A stretch of DNA of 64,000 nucleotides from a virus (lineage: Duplodnaviria; Heunggongvirae; Uroviricota; Caudoviricetes): the IMG/VR virus record IMGVR_UViG_3300029705_000018; one strand, written 5' to 3'. Below, one piece after another: positions 20,517 to 30,417 of the stretch. Under the pieces are notes generated by a model. It had not been told where the DNA came from. It saw only the letters and a list, made by a program, of their open reading frames with translations, and did no database searches. Position 1 is the first letter of the stretch; every line of letters begins with the position of its first letter. A program made the position numbers and the translations under genes.

Positions 20517-20745
20517 TCTATCTCGTAGGAGGGTCTTGGTCAGCAGAGGCAGCGTCCTGACGCATCTTAATGTTCGCTTTGTTTACAATTTCACTTTGTT
20601 TGGATTTTTTTGCTTCAACCCAGGTTAAAAACCAGGCACTTACTCCATCAATAATAGGAATGACGTATGAAACAAATATAATTCCAAGGATAAAATACAA
20701 TAATTCCATATGTATATCTCCCCCTTGATTTATATAAGAATACAA
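20455..20745 (-). CDS. Small membrane protein. The track ORF ends at TAG; with TAG read as Gln it gains a 20-aa acidic tail and ends at TAA.
   Basis: Track ORF 20518..20745 has a hydrophobic core LLYFILGIIFVSYVIPII. Reading through the TAG gives QIGFQVPDDDQEEEEVIEDDV followed by TAA. Confidence 0.3.
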
Positions 20746-20757
20746 TCAATCATATTA

Positions 20758-21180
20758 TTAGTTTTTGGCCCTAAGTCTTTTATATAGCTTGTCTTTACCG
20801 TCGATATAATTTCTAATGAATGCTTTTTCATCAGCAATCATATTATTAACTTCAGTTAATTCTCTTTCAAGAGCACGAATTTGACTTCTAATACGTCTAG
20901 ATTCATGGCTCTTTGGATTATGGTTTTTACTGGTTTGAATATTAGAATATAAATGTTTTAACGCATTTAGTTCAAGTTTTACTTCATGATCACGAATAAA
21001 ACGTAATACTTTAATATTAGCACGAGCTTCTGCGATTGTCAAACCAACTCGCTCATTAGCGAACTCCATGTCTTCTGGATGACAAGCAGCTCCACCTTCA
21101 AAACTCATACCATTATATGAAACTAAGCATCTTGCCCAGCCATTTTTTTCATCATAATTATATTCAACTAATTTTACCAT
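20758..21180 (-). CDS. Hypothetical protein
   Basis: 140 aa with a coiled-coil C-terminus. A TTGACT-N17-TATAAT promoter lies at about 21195..21240. Confidence 0.35.
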   Translation of the reverse strand: MVKLVEYNYDEKNGWARCLVSYNGMSFEGGAACHPEDMEFANERVGLTIAEARANIKVLRFIRDHEVKLELNALKHLYSNIQTSKNHNPKSHESRRIRSQIRALERELTEVNNMIADEKAFIRNYIDGKDKLYKRLRAKN

Positions 21181-21362
21181 TAGGATTTCCTCCTTTTGAA
21201 TTTAATTTATATTTATTATACCTAAAAAATATGGAAAAGTCAAATTGAGGCATTTTGAAGAAAAAATTCCTATGGGCGATCGGAATTCCAGCAACGACCG
21301 ATACCGAAGACAACGACAAATAGCCCCAGGAATTTCTTCCTGGGGCTGGAAATTACGTTATA

Positions 21363-22895
21363 TTACTTGCTGTCGTTGTTGTCAACGATCTTGGCGCCGA
21401 GCATACCACCGACCAGAGAGGTCAGGTCCATGCCGGTTGCACCACGGAAACCTTCGGTAATCTGAGTGATACCACTCATCATGTTACCAGCCAGCTGACC
21501 AGCATCGTTGCCAATCACGTGGATGTTAGCACCCTTATAGCCTTCGCCGATAGCGGTTGCAATCGCAGGCAGCTGCTCATACAGCACCTTGATAGCATCC
21601 AATTCCATCTGCTGCTTAGCAGCGTCACCGTACTGCTTCAGTGCTTCAGCCTTTTCCAGCATACCCTTTGCTTCAGCCTCAGCCTTAGCACGGATAGCTT
21701 CTGCTTCTGCAACACCCAGAGCCTGTGCGGCGGCAGCCTTAGCCTTACCTTCGGCCTCAATAGCCTCAGCCAGACGCTTCTGAGCTTCTGCCTCAGCAGT
21801 TGCCAGAGCCAGGTCGGCCGCAGCCTTCTTCTCAGCCTCGATACGAGCGGCTTCTGCCTGACGCTCACGCTCAAACAGTTCAGCTTCCGCAGCCTTCTGA
21901 GCGGCGTAAGCACGTGCGTCTGCTTCCTGAGCCTCGGCATACTTCTTAGCTTCAGCGGTCTTCTTCACTTCAGCTTCCAGCTTACGCTCCTTGATAGCGA
22001 CTTCACGCTCCTGGAGTTCGATAGCCTTCTCCTGACGAGCCAGGTTTGCTTCTGCTTCTGCGATTTCCTTTGCCTTACGCTGGTTCTCAGCCTCGATGGC
22101 CTTAGCAGCGTCAGCCTTTGCCTGAGCGGTGTCAGCCTGCTCCTGCATCTGAGCCTTTTCGATAGCGAACTGGGTCTGCTTCTTAGCGATCTCAGTTGCG
22201 GCCTCAACCTTGGCATCGTTAGCGGCCTTATCAGCCTTAGCCTGGGCGACAGCAACCTCAGCCTTTGCGTTAGCAGCAGCGATGGATGCTTCCTTCTTGA
22301 TCTTCTCGATGTTCTCGATACCCAGGTCACGAATTACACCATTCTTATCAGAGAAGTTCTGAATGTTGAAGGTGGTTAGATCGATACCCATATCGGCCAG
22401 GTTAGGAGTGACGTTCTCCTGAATACGCTCTGCAAAGATCTTCTTGTCGCCACGGATCAGGTCCTCAAACATGGTTTGAGAAATGATTTCACGGATATTA
22501 CCTTCCAGAACAGGGATTACAATATCACGGATCTGGGCAGTGGAATAGCCGGCGAACTTGGAAGCCGCAATAGCCTGACGTGCGGGATCAATGGAAATGC
22601 TCATGTTGGCAACTGCGTCAACCAGAACGTGAATTGCGTCCTTGGTGGGGATTTCCTGACGAGAAGTGAAGTCAACCTGGATGTTTTCCAGAGTCATTCG
22701 CTGAGTCTTCTGCAGGATAGGTAGTACGAAGATACCGCCACCGGTGCGGGTCTTTACTCGACCCAGACCAGATACGATCAGAACTTCGTTAGTACCAGCG
22801 ACCTTCCAGAAAGCCTTGAAGATAACGACGAATACGATGATTGCCAGAATCGCCAGACCAGCGATGGACAAAGTGGGAATCAAAAATGCGGGCAT
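21363..22895 (-). CDS. Flotillin-like SPFH/band-7 protein with a long Ala/Glu-rich coiled-coil
   Basis: 510 aa. It has an N-terminal transmembrane segment, an SPFH domain and a flotillin-type AEA-repeat coiled-coil. The antisense plus ORFs 21519..22379 and 21589..21783 are artefacts. Confidence 0.75.
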   Translation of the reverse strand: MPAFLIPTLSIAGLAILAIIVFVVIFKAFWKVAGTNEVLIVSGLGRVKTRTGGGIFVLPILQKTQRMTLENIQVDFTSRQEIPTKDAIHVLVDAVANMSISIDPARQAIAASKFAGYSTAQIRDIVIPVLEGNIREIISQTMFEDLIRGDKKIFAERIQENVTPNLADMGIDLTTFNIQNFSDKNGVIRDLGIENIEKIKKEASIAAANAKAEVAVAQAKADKAANDAKVEAATEIAKKQTQFAIEKAQMQEQADTAQAKADAAKAIEAENQRKAKEIAEAEANLARQEKAIELQEREVAIKERKLEAEVKKTAEAKKYAEAQEADARAYAAQKAAEAELFERERQAEAARIEAEKKAAADLALATAEAEAQKRLAEAIEAEGKAKAAAAQALGVAEAEAIRAKAEAEAKGMLEKAEALKQYGDAAKQQMELDAIKVLYEQLPAIATAIGEGYKGANIHVIGNDAGQLAGNMMSGITQITEGFRGATGMDLTSLVGGMLGAKIVDNNDSK

Positions 22896-23109
22896 TGTGT
22901 GTTCTCCTTTTTCTCCAAATTATATATTTTTCAAGGTTCATATCCAAGTTTTTTGAGTAAATCAATCAACTTGGTTTGCTCTTGTAAGAGCCGTTGTGTT
23001 TGCTCCCAAGAGATAAAGTAATCTCTCAGAGCATAATCAATTTCAGTCAGCCTTTTGAAAATTTCTAAAGCTGATTTTTCTTCGTGAGGTAGCACTGTCC
23101 ACTTAGTCG

Positions 23110-23379
23110 TCAACAGTGCCACTCTACTTTCACGAGCCAGTAAATCTTGCGGCCATTTCGATACCGCACTGCATGGTCATCATACCAACCTTTATCCATC
23201 TTTGTAATGGCTTCGGCGGCATCTTCTCTGTTTTTATAAACAGGCTCTTTATGGAATTTTAGATTTCCATGATAACCAGAACTCTCTTGCGGATCATAAG
23301 CAAAACTATTGAGTTCTTTTAGAATTGCTTTTTCACTTGTTGAGCAGTGATAATCTCGGTATTGAATTGCGTGTCCCAT
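23110..23379 (-). CDS. Hypothetical protein. The start is the internal Met preceded by GGAGG.
   Basis: The RBS context is ctaGGAGGttgatcATG, and the protein starts MGHAIQYRDYHC. Confidence 0.3.
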   Translation of the reverse strand: MGHAIQYRDYHCSTSEKAILKELNSFAYDPQESSGYHGNLKFHKEPVYKNREDAAEAITKMDKGWYDDHAVRYRNGRKIYWLVKVEWHC

Positions 23380-23381
23380 GA

Positions 23382-24062
23382 TCAACCTCCTAGCAGCGGA
23401 TCTGCAAGGTAATCCTTGCAGCGCTTTCCATCTGCACTTGCGGAGCATTGGGGGTTGTGGCCGCAGGTGTCGCATTCATTTTTCTGCTCCTCCTGGAGGC
23501 CAAGCATTTCAATACAAATTTCGGTTTCTTTCTTCATCATTTCAATTGCATCATCTAGTAGAACCGGAGTGCAATTATTGGAGTCCATACCAACATGGAA
23601 CATATAGGGCATACTCATATAGAACTTGTTTTGCTGATGAGTATGACCAAACAGATTGATTAGGTGCATCCGCAGATACGGAGCCTTTTCCAGATTAGAA
23701 GTAATGGTAGGATGATGACTCAAATAGAAGTTATACTTCTTATACTTGATCATTTCAGCCAAACCGAGAACTTCAACACGAGGGAGCTTCTTATAAAGTA
23801 CCAAACGAGTTGCGGTGTCATGATTACCGGGGATAATCTTAATATTACCATTTAGCTCTGCTAAACAGTCCATACCATAAGAATTATCACCGAGCATTAC
23901 ATCACCCAAATGGAATACGGTATCATCGGGACCAACAACCTCATTCCATCGTCTGATAACTTCATTATCATGCTCCATGTAATTCGAGAAACCTCTTGGA
24001 CCCCATAGAAACTCTCGGTCATGACCGAAATGAGTATCAGAAGTCACAAAAATCCTTCCCAT
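23382..24062 (-). CDS. Calcineurin-like metallophosphoesterase
   Basis: 226 aa with DTHFGH, GDVMLGDNS and GNHD motifs. Confidence 0.7.
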   Translation of the reverse strand: MGRIFVTSDTHFGHDREFLWGPRGFSNYMEHDNEVIRRWNEVVGPDDTVFHLGDVMLGDNSYGMDCLAELNGNIKIIPGNHDTATRLVLYKKLPRVEVLGLAEMIKYKKYNFYLSHHPTITSNLEKAPYLRMHLINLFGHTHQQNKFYMSMPYMFHVGMDSNNCTPVLLDDAIEMMKKETEICIEMLGLQEEQKNECDTCGHNPQCSASADGKRCKDYLADPLLGG

Positions 24063-24588
24063 CGGTTTTCACTTCCTTTCTTTCTTCACCAAATTCATTA
24101 ATATGGATAATCATATCATAACCCTCATACAGAGAAGGAGCAATGAAACGCTTATTCATATCACGAATTACAGTCATAGGAACGTCCGCGCGTCCGACGC
24201 GGTTCTTGTTTCTTTCGACCGCCACATCAGTAGGAATTTCAAAAGAAACACCAATTACTTCAGCAGCGTTCTTCAGATTGATATTGCGGAACAGCTCTCT
24301 TCGAGCTTTAGGTGTCAAGTGGGTGGCATCAACATAAACATCAGAATGGAAGTAGTCAGAACTCAACTTGTTGTTGATTTCCTTATAAAACTCCCGCAGA
24401 ACCTGATCTTCGTGAGAGAAATAACTTTCATTCTCTTCAACCAGAGAAAGACGAATCAAATCTCTGGAAATCCAGTTGCCACCGTGAATCGCAATCTGCT
24501 TCTGAATCCAGGAGCTCTTGCCGCATCCACTAGGACCGGACATGACAAATAGACGTTTCCGCTTCATCCTTATACACCCCATTCTCAA
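24037..24588 (-). CDS. P-loop kinase, a candidate polynucleotide kinase
   Basis: 183 aa with Walker A VMSGPSGCGKSS at the N-terminus. It is adjacent to a phosphoesterase. Confidence 0.5.
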   Translation of the reverse strand: MRMGCIRMKRKRLFVMSGPSGCGKSSWIQKQIAIHGGNWISRDLIRLSLVEENESYFSHEDQVLREFYKEINNKLSSDYFHSDVYVDATHLTPKARRELFRNINLKNAAEVIGVSFEIPTDVAVERNKNRVGRADVPMTVIRDMNKRFIAPSLYEGYDMIIHINEFGEERKEVKTDGKDFCDF

Positions 24589-24787
24589 AATTATAACGAA
24601 ATTCTTCTACATCTTCCATTGTCTTACATTCGACATGATTGATTTCCATACGACAGGTCGGACAGTAGAGCTTCTTGCGATGCATCCGTCCATGTTGATG
24701 ACCTTTGAGGCGCATCAGAGGAATACCCTTGTTGCCACAGCTGATACAATAAAAGCTGTGTTCGTTATATGCTTTCTGCTTTGCCAT
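24530..24787 (-). CDS. Small Zn-ribbon protein. The track ORF ends at TAG; a TAG-as-Gln readthrough would add about 30 aa.
   Basis: 85 aa with CISCGN...CPTC. It is preceded by promoter 24818..24846. Confidence 0.3.
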   Translation of the reverse strand: MAKQKAYNEHSFYCISCGNKGIPLMRLKGHQHGRMHRKKLYCPTCRMEINHVECKTMEDVEEFRYNFENGVYKDEAETSICHVRS

Positions 24788-24817
24788 TTCATATTCCTTT
24801 CTTTACCTTACACATAT

Positions 24818-24846
24818 ATTATATCATATTTTTTTATAAAAATCAA
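24818..24846 (-). promoter_or_regulatory. Sigma-70 promoter with an extended -10 element (TTGATT-N17-TGATATAAT)
   Basis: The minus strand reads TTGATTTTTATAAAAAAATATGATATAAT. Confidence 0.65.
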
Positions 24847-24857
24847 TTAAGATCTAT

Positions 24858-25586
24858 TTAACTGAAAAATGAATAACTTTGGTAGGTGTTCAAATCCAAA
24901 AGACAGAACTCACCCATAAAGAATCCACCAGTGTCAATGCACACTTTATGGCCGTCCGCATACCAGATGGGACCGGACTCCCAATCGATATACAAATCTT
25001 CACTGATATAACATACAGGAGTATGACCATGAACAACAAGGAAGTCATCATAACCACCCTCGTTCAGTGGGTCCCAGGGATCGAAATAGTCATCTCTGTT
25101 CCAGATAAGATGCTCATCATCGGGAATGATAAGCTCTTTATCTTCGTCAGCTTCAGGATCACTCCAATAAGGAGTATAACCCGCATGACTCAGCAGAATT
25201 CTCATTCCAAGAGCATTAGTATACTCTACATGGGTAGGCAGGTCACGCAGATACTCATACCACTTCATGCGGTCAGGGTCCCGCTCCCAAGCTTCCATTG
25301 TAGGTCGTCCACCATTGTGAGAAGAAAGAGAATAAGAGTGATAATCCCACATGAAACCATCATCGAGATAATCTTTGATGGCCTTTACGAGCATATCTTC
25401 ATGGTTGCCCTTAATGTAAACAAATCGAGGGTCTGCCGCAACTGCCTTGATACATTCATAGGACTGCAGGCCGCGGTCGCACGCATCGCCCAGAAAATAG
25501 ACCTTATCATCGGGCTTTAAAAATGCTTGAATCTTACGAAACACTTCTAAATGCCCATGCAGGTCGCCCAGCGCATATGTAGCCAT
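24858..25586 (-). CDS. PPP-family Ser/Thr phosphatase-like metallophosphatase (lambda-phosphatase-like)
   Basis: 242 aa with GDLHG, GDACDRG and GNHE motifs. Confidence 0.7.
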   Translation of the reverse strand: MATYALGDLHGHLEVFRKIQAFLKPDDKVYFLGDACDRGLQSYECIKAVAADPRFVYIKGNHEDMLVKAIKDYLDDGFMWDYHSYSLSSHNGGRPTMEAWERDPDRMKWYEYLRDLPTHVEYTNALGMRILLSHAGYTPYWSDPEADEDKELIIPDDEHLIWNRDDYFDPWDPLNEGGYDDFLVVHGHTPVCYISEDLYIDWESGPIWYADGHKVCIDTGGFFMGEFCLLDLNTYQSYSFFS

Positions 25587-25785
25587 TATTCTCCCTCCTT
25601 TATTACTACTGGAATAAGTGTAAACATATAATTCGTAATTCCCATTGCCGCAAATGTTTCATGGGCCTCGTCATGATCTTTTGCGAGAAGGCCATTCGGC
25701 AAAGGAATTCTGTGAATTACATTATCCTTTTCTGTAAATATAAAGCCTTTTACTGCATACATATTTATCACTCACTTTCTATATA

Positions 25786-25814
25786 TATTATAACATATTT
25801 TTTATAAAAAATCA
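25786..25814 (-). promoter_or_regulatory. Sigma-70 promoter, downstream of terminator hairpin 25826..25851
   Basis: TTGATT-N17-TATAAT on the minus strand. The hairpin is tcccccgga ttttatt ccggggga. Confidence 0.6.
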
Positions 25815-25856
25815 AAAAAGAAAAAATCCCCCGGATTTTATTCCGGGGGACTAAAT

Positions 25857-26801
25857 TTAGGGCATCTGAATGACGGGGGTATTATCGCCACCATAGATGG
25901 TAGGCAACTTACCGTCCCACTTTTCGTAGTACATCTTTTCGAGCAGATTACCAGTCAGAGATTCAGCCAGTAATCTGTTAGCTTCAGCCTGGGCCTCAGC
26001 CAACATAATCATAGCCTCAGCTTCGGCTTCAGCCTTAGCGATATTAGCTTCATTCTTATTCTGCTGAATTACCAGTTCCTGCTCGGACGCAAACTTGGCA
26101 TCGATTGCCCTCTGGATTTCGGGGTTCTCATAGGAAATGTCTTCCTTGATACCCAGGACAGTAATGGTAATGCCGTATTCCTTGAAGTAAGGAATTACAT
26201 ATTCCTTGACAGCTTCCATAATCTTGCCCTTGTTGGCGCCCAGCTCAGTAGAAGTGTACTTAGAAGTTTCAATGTTGAAACGGTCTTCAACCAGCTTCTT
26301 AATGTCGTTGTCAATAATCTGCTCCAGAGGAGTGTTATTGTAGCGATACAGGAACTTTACGGCATCAGCTTCCTCGATCATGGTAGTACAGTTCATACCG
26401 ACATAGATGCCGATGTTATCAGAACTACCGCCAAAGATGGCGCGGTTAGAAGAAGAAGCAGTGTCGTCGCCGGAATCCCAAGAGCGAGATACAGGCTTAC
26501 GCTCAACGACAATCAGTTCTGCGGAAGGCTTCCATTCACCAGTCCAGCTCATGCGGCCCGTCTGGACCCAGCGGTGAGGAATCTGGACTTCTTTAGTGGC
26601 AACCTTGTGCTCAGCCAGCAGCTCTTCAGAAGCAAAGGCGGACTGAGAACTGGAATCACCAACCAGAGGGATCAGGAAACCGGTCTGCGAGGGAGAAATC
26701 TTGGCGAACTCAGGCTTGTCATAGGGCTTTCGACAACCAGCCAGGCTCAAACACAGGACCAGCATCAGGACGAGCAGAACCAACTTCTTTACCTTATTCA
26801 T
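25857..26801 (-). CDS. SPFH/band-7 (prohibitin/HflC-like) lipoprotein
   Basis: 314 aa. It has a signal peptide with lipobox LSLAGC, an SPFH core and a C-terminal AEAEAEA coiled-coil. Confidence 0.65.
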   Translation of the reverse strand: MNKVKKLVLLVLMLVLCLSLAGCRKPYDKPEFAKISPSQTGFLIPLVGDSSSQSAFASEELLAEHKVATKEVQIPHRWVQTGRMSWTGEWKPSAELIVVERKPVSRSWDSGDDTASSSNRAIFGGSSDNIGIYVGMNCTTMIEEADAVKFLYRYNNTPLEQIIDNDIKKLVEDRFNIETSKYTSTELGANKGKIMEAVKEYVIPYFKEYGITITVLGIKEDISYENPEIQRAIDAKFASEQELVIQQNKNEANIAKAEAEAEAMIMLAEAQAEANRLLAESLTGNLLEKMYYEKWDGKLPTIYGGDNTPVIQMP

Positions 26802-27081
26802 TTGTAATATTTTCCTTTCTATCGTTGAAATATTTTACGAAATCTACTGCGATGGATGCGCCGCAAATAAGAACAACCAGCACTTCTCCACTTGCGACCA
26901 TATTCTGGACATGACTTGCGGTTTCCATCGCTACAAAACCGAAGTTGTCATTTTCTAGCTGCCCCATTGCGACTTCATTCATCAGGATTGGGGCGAGTCC
27001 TGTGAGTAAGGCGGACAATATAGCACATATCACAATTGCGATAAATGCCTTTTTGACCGCCTTTCTAATTAGCGGTTTCAT
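26794..27081 (-). CDS. Small membrane protein
   Basis: 95 aa with two hydrophobic helices. Promoter 27115..27143 lies upstream. Confidence 0.3.
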   Translation of the reverse strand: MKPLIRKAVKKAFIAIVICAILSALLTGLAPILMNEVAMGQLENDNFGFVAMETASHVQNMVASGEVLVVLICGASIAVDFVKYFNDRKENITNE

Positions 27082-27388
27082 TTCGCTTTCTCCTTTCCTT
27101 TACCTTACATATATATTATATCATATTTTTTTATAAAAATCAAAGAAGATTTTTTGCGTTAGAAGGTTGGGCCTTTACGCTCGTTGAAACAGACATCTCT
27201 TGCTGGGTAAAGGTATTTCTGAAAAACAGGACAAAAATATTTTTCCTCGTAAGTTATATCATAGTATTCTGGATGGTCTTTGCCAGCCCAGTAAAGTTTT
27301 CGTTCTTCCATGATAACTTTTGAGCCATCAAAGAATGGACATTTACGATATAAGCAGGTGTGCCACCAGAATTGTTCATCAAATTCTT

Positions 27389-28105
27389 TCATTTGGCCTC
27401 CTGGATATACTGCCGAATTTCTTCTCGGTAGTTATAGACAAAAGACGGAACTAACTGTTTTACAGCATAGTCGCCACCCTCCATCTGGAATGCCTGCCGC
27501 ACCAGAGTAGCGCTGATACCCTCATATCGGTCCAGGAATTTGAAGCGAAGTAACCATCTTTCATCCTGTGCGAACCAACCGAGCATGATGCGGGGATCGT
27601 CACTGTAGTAGATGGTCATATCAGAATCCTTGGTCTTGCCGAACATCTTGATGTAAAGGTATCGGCCCCAACCGTGACTGTTGTCGCTTTCATCAGTCAT
27701 ATCATCCAAGGGATAGACATGAATGTGTTTCAGATCTTCGGTAGAAAATTGCTCGTGTAAAGCACCTTCCAGGAGCATCAGACGAAAATCAATGGGCAGA
27801 GGATTGCGCTTGGTGCCAGACTTGTCTGCGGAACCCACGAAAATGTGCAGGTCGCAATGATTTGCGGTGCAATCTTCATAAGCCTTCTTCACCATGTTCA
27901 TATGACCATTATGAAAAGGCTGTGCGCGGAACAGAATTACTCCAACCATATAATCCTCCTTACTTGATTTCCAGTTCTCTTGCTTGTTCGCTAGTGATAC
28001 CGAAGTACTCCTCAAACCCCTCAATGTCAGCGGGGTCGCAGGCACCTGAACAGATACATTTTCCGTCATGAAGCACCCAGTACCACATACCATCGGGATA
28101 CTCAA
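27389..28105 (-). CDS. Nicotinamide/nicotinate mononucleotide adenylyltransferase (NadM/NMNAT-like). The true start is probably the internal MVGVILF.
   Basis: The HxGH nucleotidyltransferase motif FRAQPFHNGHMNMV is present with a Rossmann-like core. Confidence 0.65.
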   Translation of the reverse strand: MSIPMVCGTGCFMTENVSVQVPATPLTLRGLRSTSVSLANKQENWKSSKEDYMVGVILFRAQPFHNGHMNMVKKAYEDCTANHCDLHIFVGSADKSGTKRNPLPIDFRLMLLEGALHEQFSTEDLKHIHVYPLDDMTDESDNSHGWGRYLYIKMFGKTKDSDMTIYYSDDPRIMLGWFAQDERWLLRFKFLDRYEGISATLVRQAFQMEGGDYAVKQLVPSFVYNYREEIRQYIQEAK

Positions 28106-28563
28106 CCAGGTGCTCCATAAGATTGAAAAAGTCTTTCAAATTGGAACAGCCATAGACCGCAACCAGACCTTTTCCGGTAAATTCTTCGGTAAAATAAACA
28201 TACGGATCAAGTACTATACGATCCCTAATTTTGTCAGTAAAAGCTACAATGATGGGGGCATCAATATTTACTGTCATTCTTATCAATCCCTCTCTTTAAT
28301 TGTGTATTTATCCCAACCATATTTGGGAATCATTTTCATAAGTGTTATTGAATCTTTTACGCTAAAAAGTTGACAATGCTCGCAAAAAGTCTTATAAAGA
28401 AAATCTTCTGTTAGAGATAAGACCATATCTTGAGCATCTTCCAGAGAGTCACAAAAACATACAATATCATAGCTGTATCGCTCATCACGATAGACTTTTA
28501 ATCTATTTTTCTCGTAAATAGCATACTTGCACATCTTTTCCCCTCTCTTTACTTTGTATATAT

Positions 28564-28592
28564 ATTATATCATATTTTTTTATAAAAATCAA
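28564..28592 (-). promoter_or_regulatory. Sigma-70 promoter with extended -10, fused to terminator hairpin 28596..28618
   Basis: The minus strand reads gagacccctcattttgaggggtctTTTTGATTTTTATAAAAAAATATGATATAAT. The terminator U-tract runs into the -35 element. Confidence 0.7.
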
Positions 28593-28621
28593 AAAGACCC
28601 CTCAAAATGAGGGGTCTCGTA

Positions 28622-29065
28622 TCACAGTTCGGAAATCAATTCTTTACGCTTTTCCATAAGAATTTCACCAAGCCAGTTTTTACCAGCAATTTCTGCACAT
28701 TTGGGACAGAAGCAGGAACCCCAAGTATTGTCATGCCAAGAGTTGCCTTCAATAAGAATGCAATCATTTGTAGCAATCAACTTACTTGCGAGTTTAGGGT
28801 GCGTATCAAATTTCCGCCCTACGCCAACGCGCATAGCAGTGTATTTGACCTGTTCCCAATCCTCACGCAACTGAACTTGACGGCCCATTCGCTTAGCCTT
28901 ACCCGGAGTTGCGGCGGCCGCAATCTTCTTTCTTTCCTCTTGGTCGAGGGTTTTCATTGCCTGAAAGAAGTGTTCGTTGGTAGGATATTCAATTCCATCA
29001 TAGGTAAAAGGGGCATAATAGAAGTTACTTAGAAAAGCGTATTTTCCATCAAATTCAGTAATCAT
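28622..29065 (-). CDS. NADAR (YbiA-like) domain protein, a putative ADP-ribose N-glycosidase
   Basis: 147 aa. FLSNFYYAPFTYDGIEYPTNEHFFQAMK is the NADAR signature. Confidence 0.7.
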   Translation of the reverse strand: MITEFDGKYAFLSNFYYAPFTYDGIEYPTNEHFFQAMKTLDQEERKKIAAAATPGKAKRMGRQVQLREDWEQVKYTAMRVGVGRKFDTHPKLASKLIATNDCILIEGNSWHDNTWGSCFCPKCAEIAGKNWLGEILMEKRKELISEL

Positions 29066-29074
29066 ACTTCCTCC

Positions 29075-29908
29075 TTAGAAATCAATAAACGGGGTATCTT
29101 CATGGAGGACTTCAAAGCAACCTCCATGTCGATTGGAACTACCTTCCCATTTTCTGGTGCGGGCACGAATATAGGGAATATTCAGCATACGCATTTTATG
29201 AGCATTTCGCTCATGACGCTCTTCAATTAGTCGCAGAGTTTCATAAGAAGGCGTCTTATTGTCCAGAAGATAAGCATCGAGGACTTCATAAGTGAAGCCG
29301 AAATTATCTTCATCGGTTTTACCGGTCATGCCATCGCCAGGAGCCTTATGAACCAGCTCAGCAGGCAGATTCAGAGCATCACCGATAGCCAAAATTTCAC
29401 GAACATAAAAGTCGTAAAAAATGGAGAAATCACCGGCCATATCGCCAAACTTAGTAGTATAGCCGACATACATTTCAGATGCATTGCCAGTATGAACCAC
29501 TCGACCGCCGATCAATGCGGCGATGCCATACAGAGTAGTCATGCGCAGGCGAGCAGGAGTATTAGTGTAGAATACATCATTGCCACCACCGAAATACTCT
29601 TCGGGGATTGCTTCCACCAAAGCATCCATGGTGGAGCCAATATTGACGACAGTATAGGGCATATGCAGATGCTCTACGACTTTGTAAGAATCTGCGATGT
29701 CAGCCTGTTCGCCACAGGGCATCAGAACACCGAAGACATTCTCAGAACCCAAAGCGCGACACAACAGGGCAGCCGCAATTGTAGAATCCTTGCCACCGGA
29801 GATGCCGATAACAGCTTTGGTGGTTTTACCACCATTCTTCACGAAATACTTTTTGATTTCGGTAATCATATACTGGATTTCCAGTTCAGCGTCAAATGCT
29901 CTACCCAT
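29075..29908 (-). CDS. nadE: NH3-dependent NAD+ synthetase
   Basis: 277 aa with the PP-loop GISGGKDSTIAAAL. Confidence 0.85.
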   Translation of the reverse strand: MGRAFDAELEIQYMITEIKKYFVKNGGKTTKAVIGISGGKDSTIAAALLCRALGSENVFGVLMPCGEQADIADSYKVVEHLHMPYTVVNIGSTMDALVEAIPEEYFGGGNDVFYTNTPARLRMTTLYGIAALIGGRVVHTGNASEMYVGYTTKFGDMAGDFSIFYDFYVREILAIGDALNLPAELVHKAPGDGMTGKTDEDNFGFTYEVLDAYLLDNKTPSYETLRLIEERHERNAHKMRMLNIPYIRARTRKWEGSSNRHGGCFEVLHEDTPFIDF

Positions 29909-29910
29909 TT

Positions 29911-30417
29911 TTACTCCTCCAAATAGTAGATATATACTTCATAGTCCTCATCAAGGACTTGCTCGATCATTGTCTTGATGACCTCCCAGTTGCCGCCACC
30001 CAGGCCGCAACCAATATGGGATGGGAAGCCAATTGTTGCGCCTTCTGGAACAAATTCTCGGATATGTCCGAGGCAGCTCCAGAAGCCATCATAAGAAGTG
30101 TATCTGCGGCCATCATAACCATAGTGCTCTTGGGCGAACATATTGATTACAGTATGAGTTTTATCCACCTGGACTAGTTGAATATCGCCTAAAAGCACTT
30201 CGCTGGTCTCGGGACAATGTTCAAAACCACCGCAGTTACGCAGAATATTATCCTCAGTATCATTATACTTCTGGATATATTCGCTGTAAACTACGGGCCA
30301 CTTATCTTTAATTGCCTTAGCGATGCCAGAGCCCATGCGACCCTGGCAATTCACCTGATGGCAGTAATAGTCAACATCTGCATCAAGCAGACTACCTTTT
30401 ACATGGTAAATACTCAT
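29911..30417 (-). CDS. Macro domain protein (binds or hydrolyses ADP-ribose or O-acetyl-ADP-ribose)
   Basis: 168 aa. VDYYCHQVNCQGRMGSGIAKAI and GCGLGGGNW are macro-domain motifs. Confidence 0.7.
   Translation of the reverse strand: MSIYHVKGSLLDADVDYYCHQVNCQGRMGSGIAKAIKDKWPVVYSEYIQKYNDTEDNILRNCGGFEHCPETSEVLLGDIQLVQVDKTHTVINMFAQEHYGYDGRRYTSYDGFWSCLGHIREFVPEGATIGFPSHIGCGLGGGNWEVIKTMIEQVLDEDYEVYIYYLEE

Noticed and set aside
21519-22379. A plus-strand 286-aa Ser/Leu/Cys-rich ORF, plus the ORFs 21589..21783, 21638..21940 and 21965..22330
   Set aside because: All overlap the flotillin-like coiled-coil gene. GC-rich Ala/Glu codon repeats generate open frames in every phase. Only the flotillin frame has recognisable domains.
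22896-22931. A TTGAAA...TATAAT-like sequence upstream of 22931..23122
   Set aside because: The spacing between the hexamers is far below 17 nt, so it is not a functional promoter of this family.
20518-24787. Two small ORFs (20518..20745 and 24530..24787) ending in TAG, which could be evidence that TAG still functions as a stop
   Set aside because: Both are short and low-confidence. With TAG read as Gln they simply extend 20 to 30 codons to a TAA or TGA. They do not outweigh the in-frame TAGs inside multiple conserved domains.
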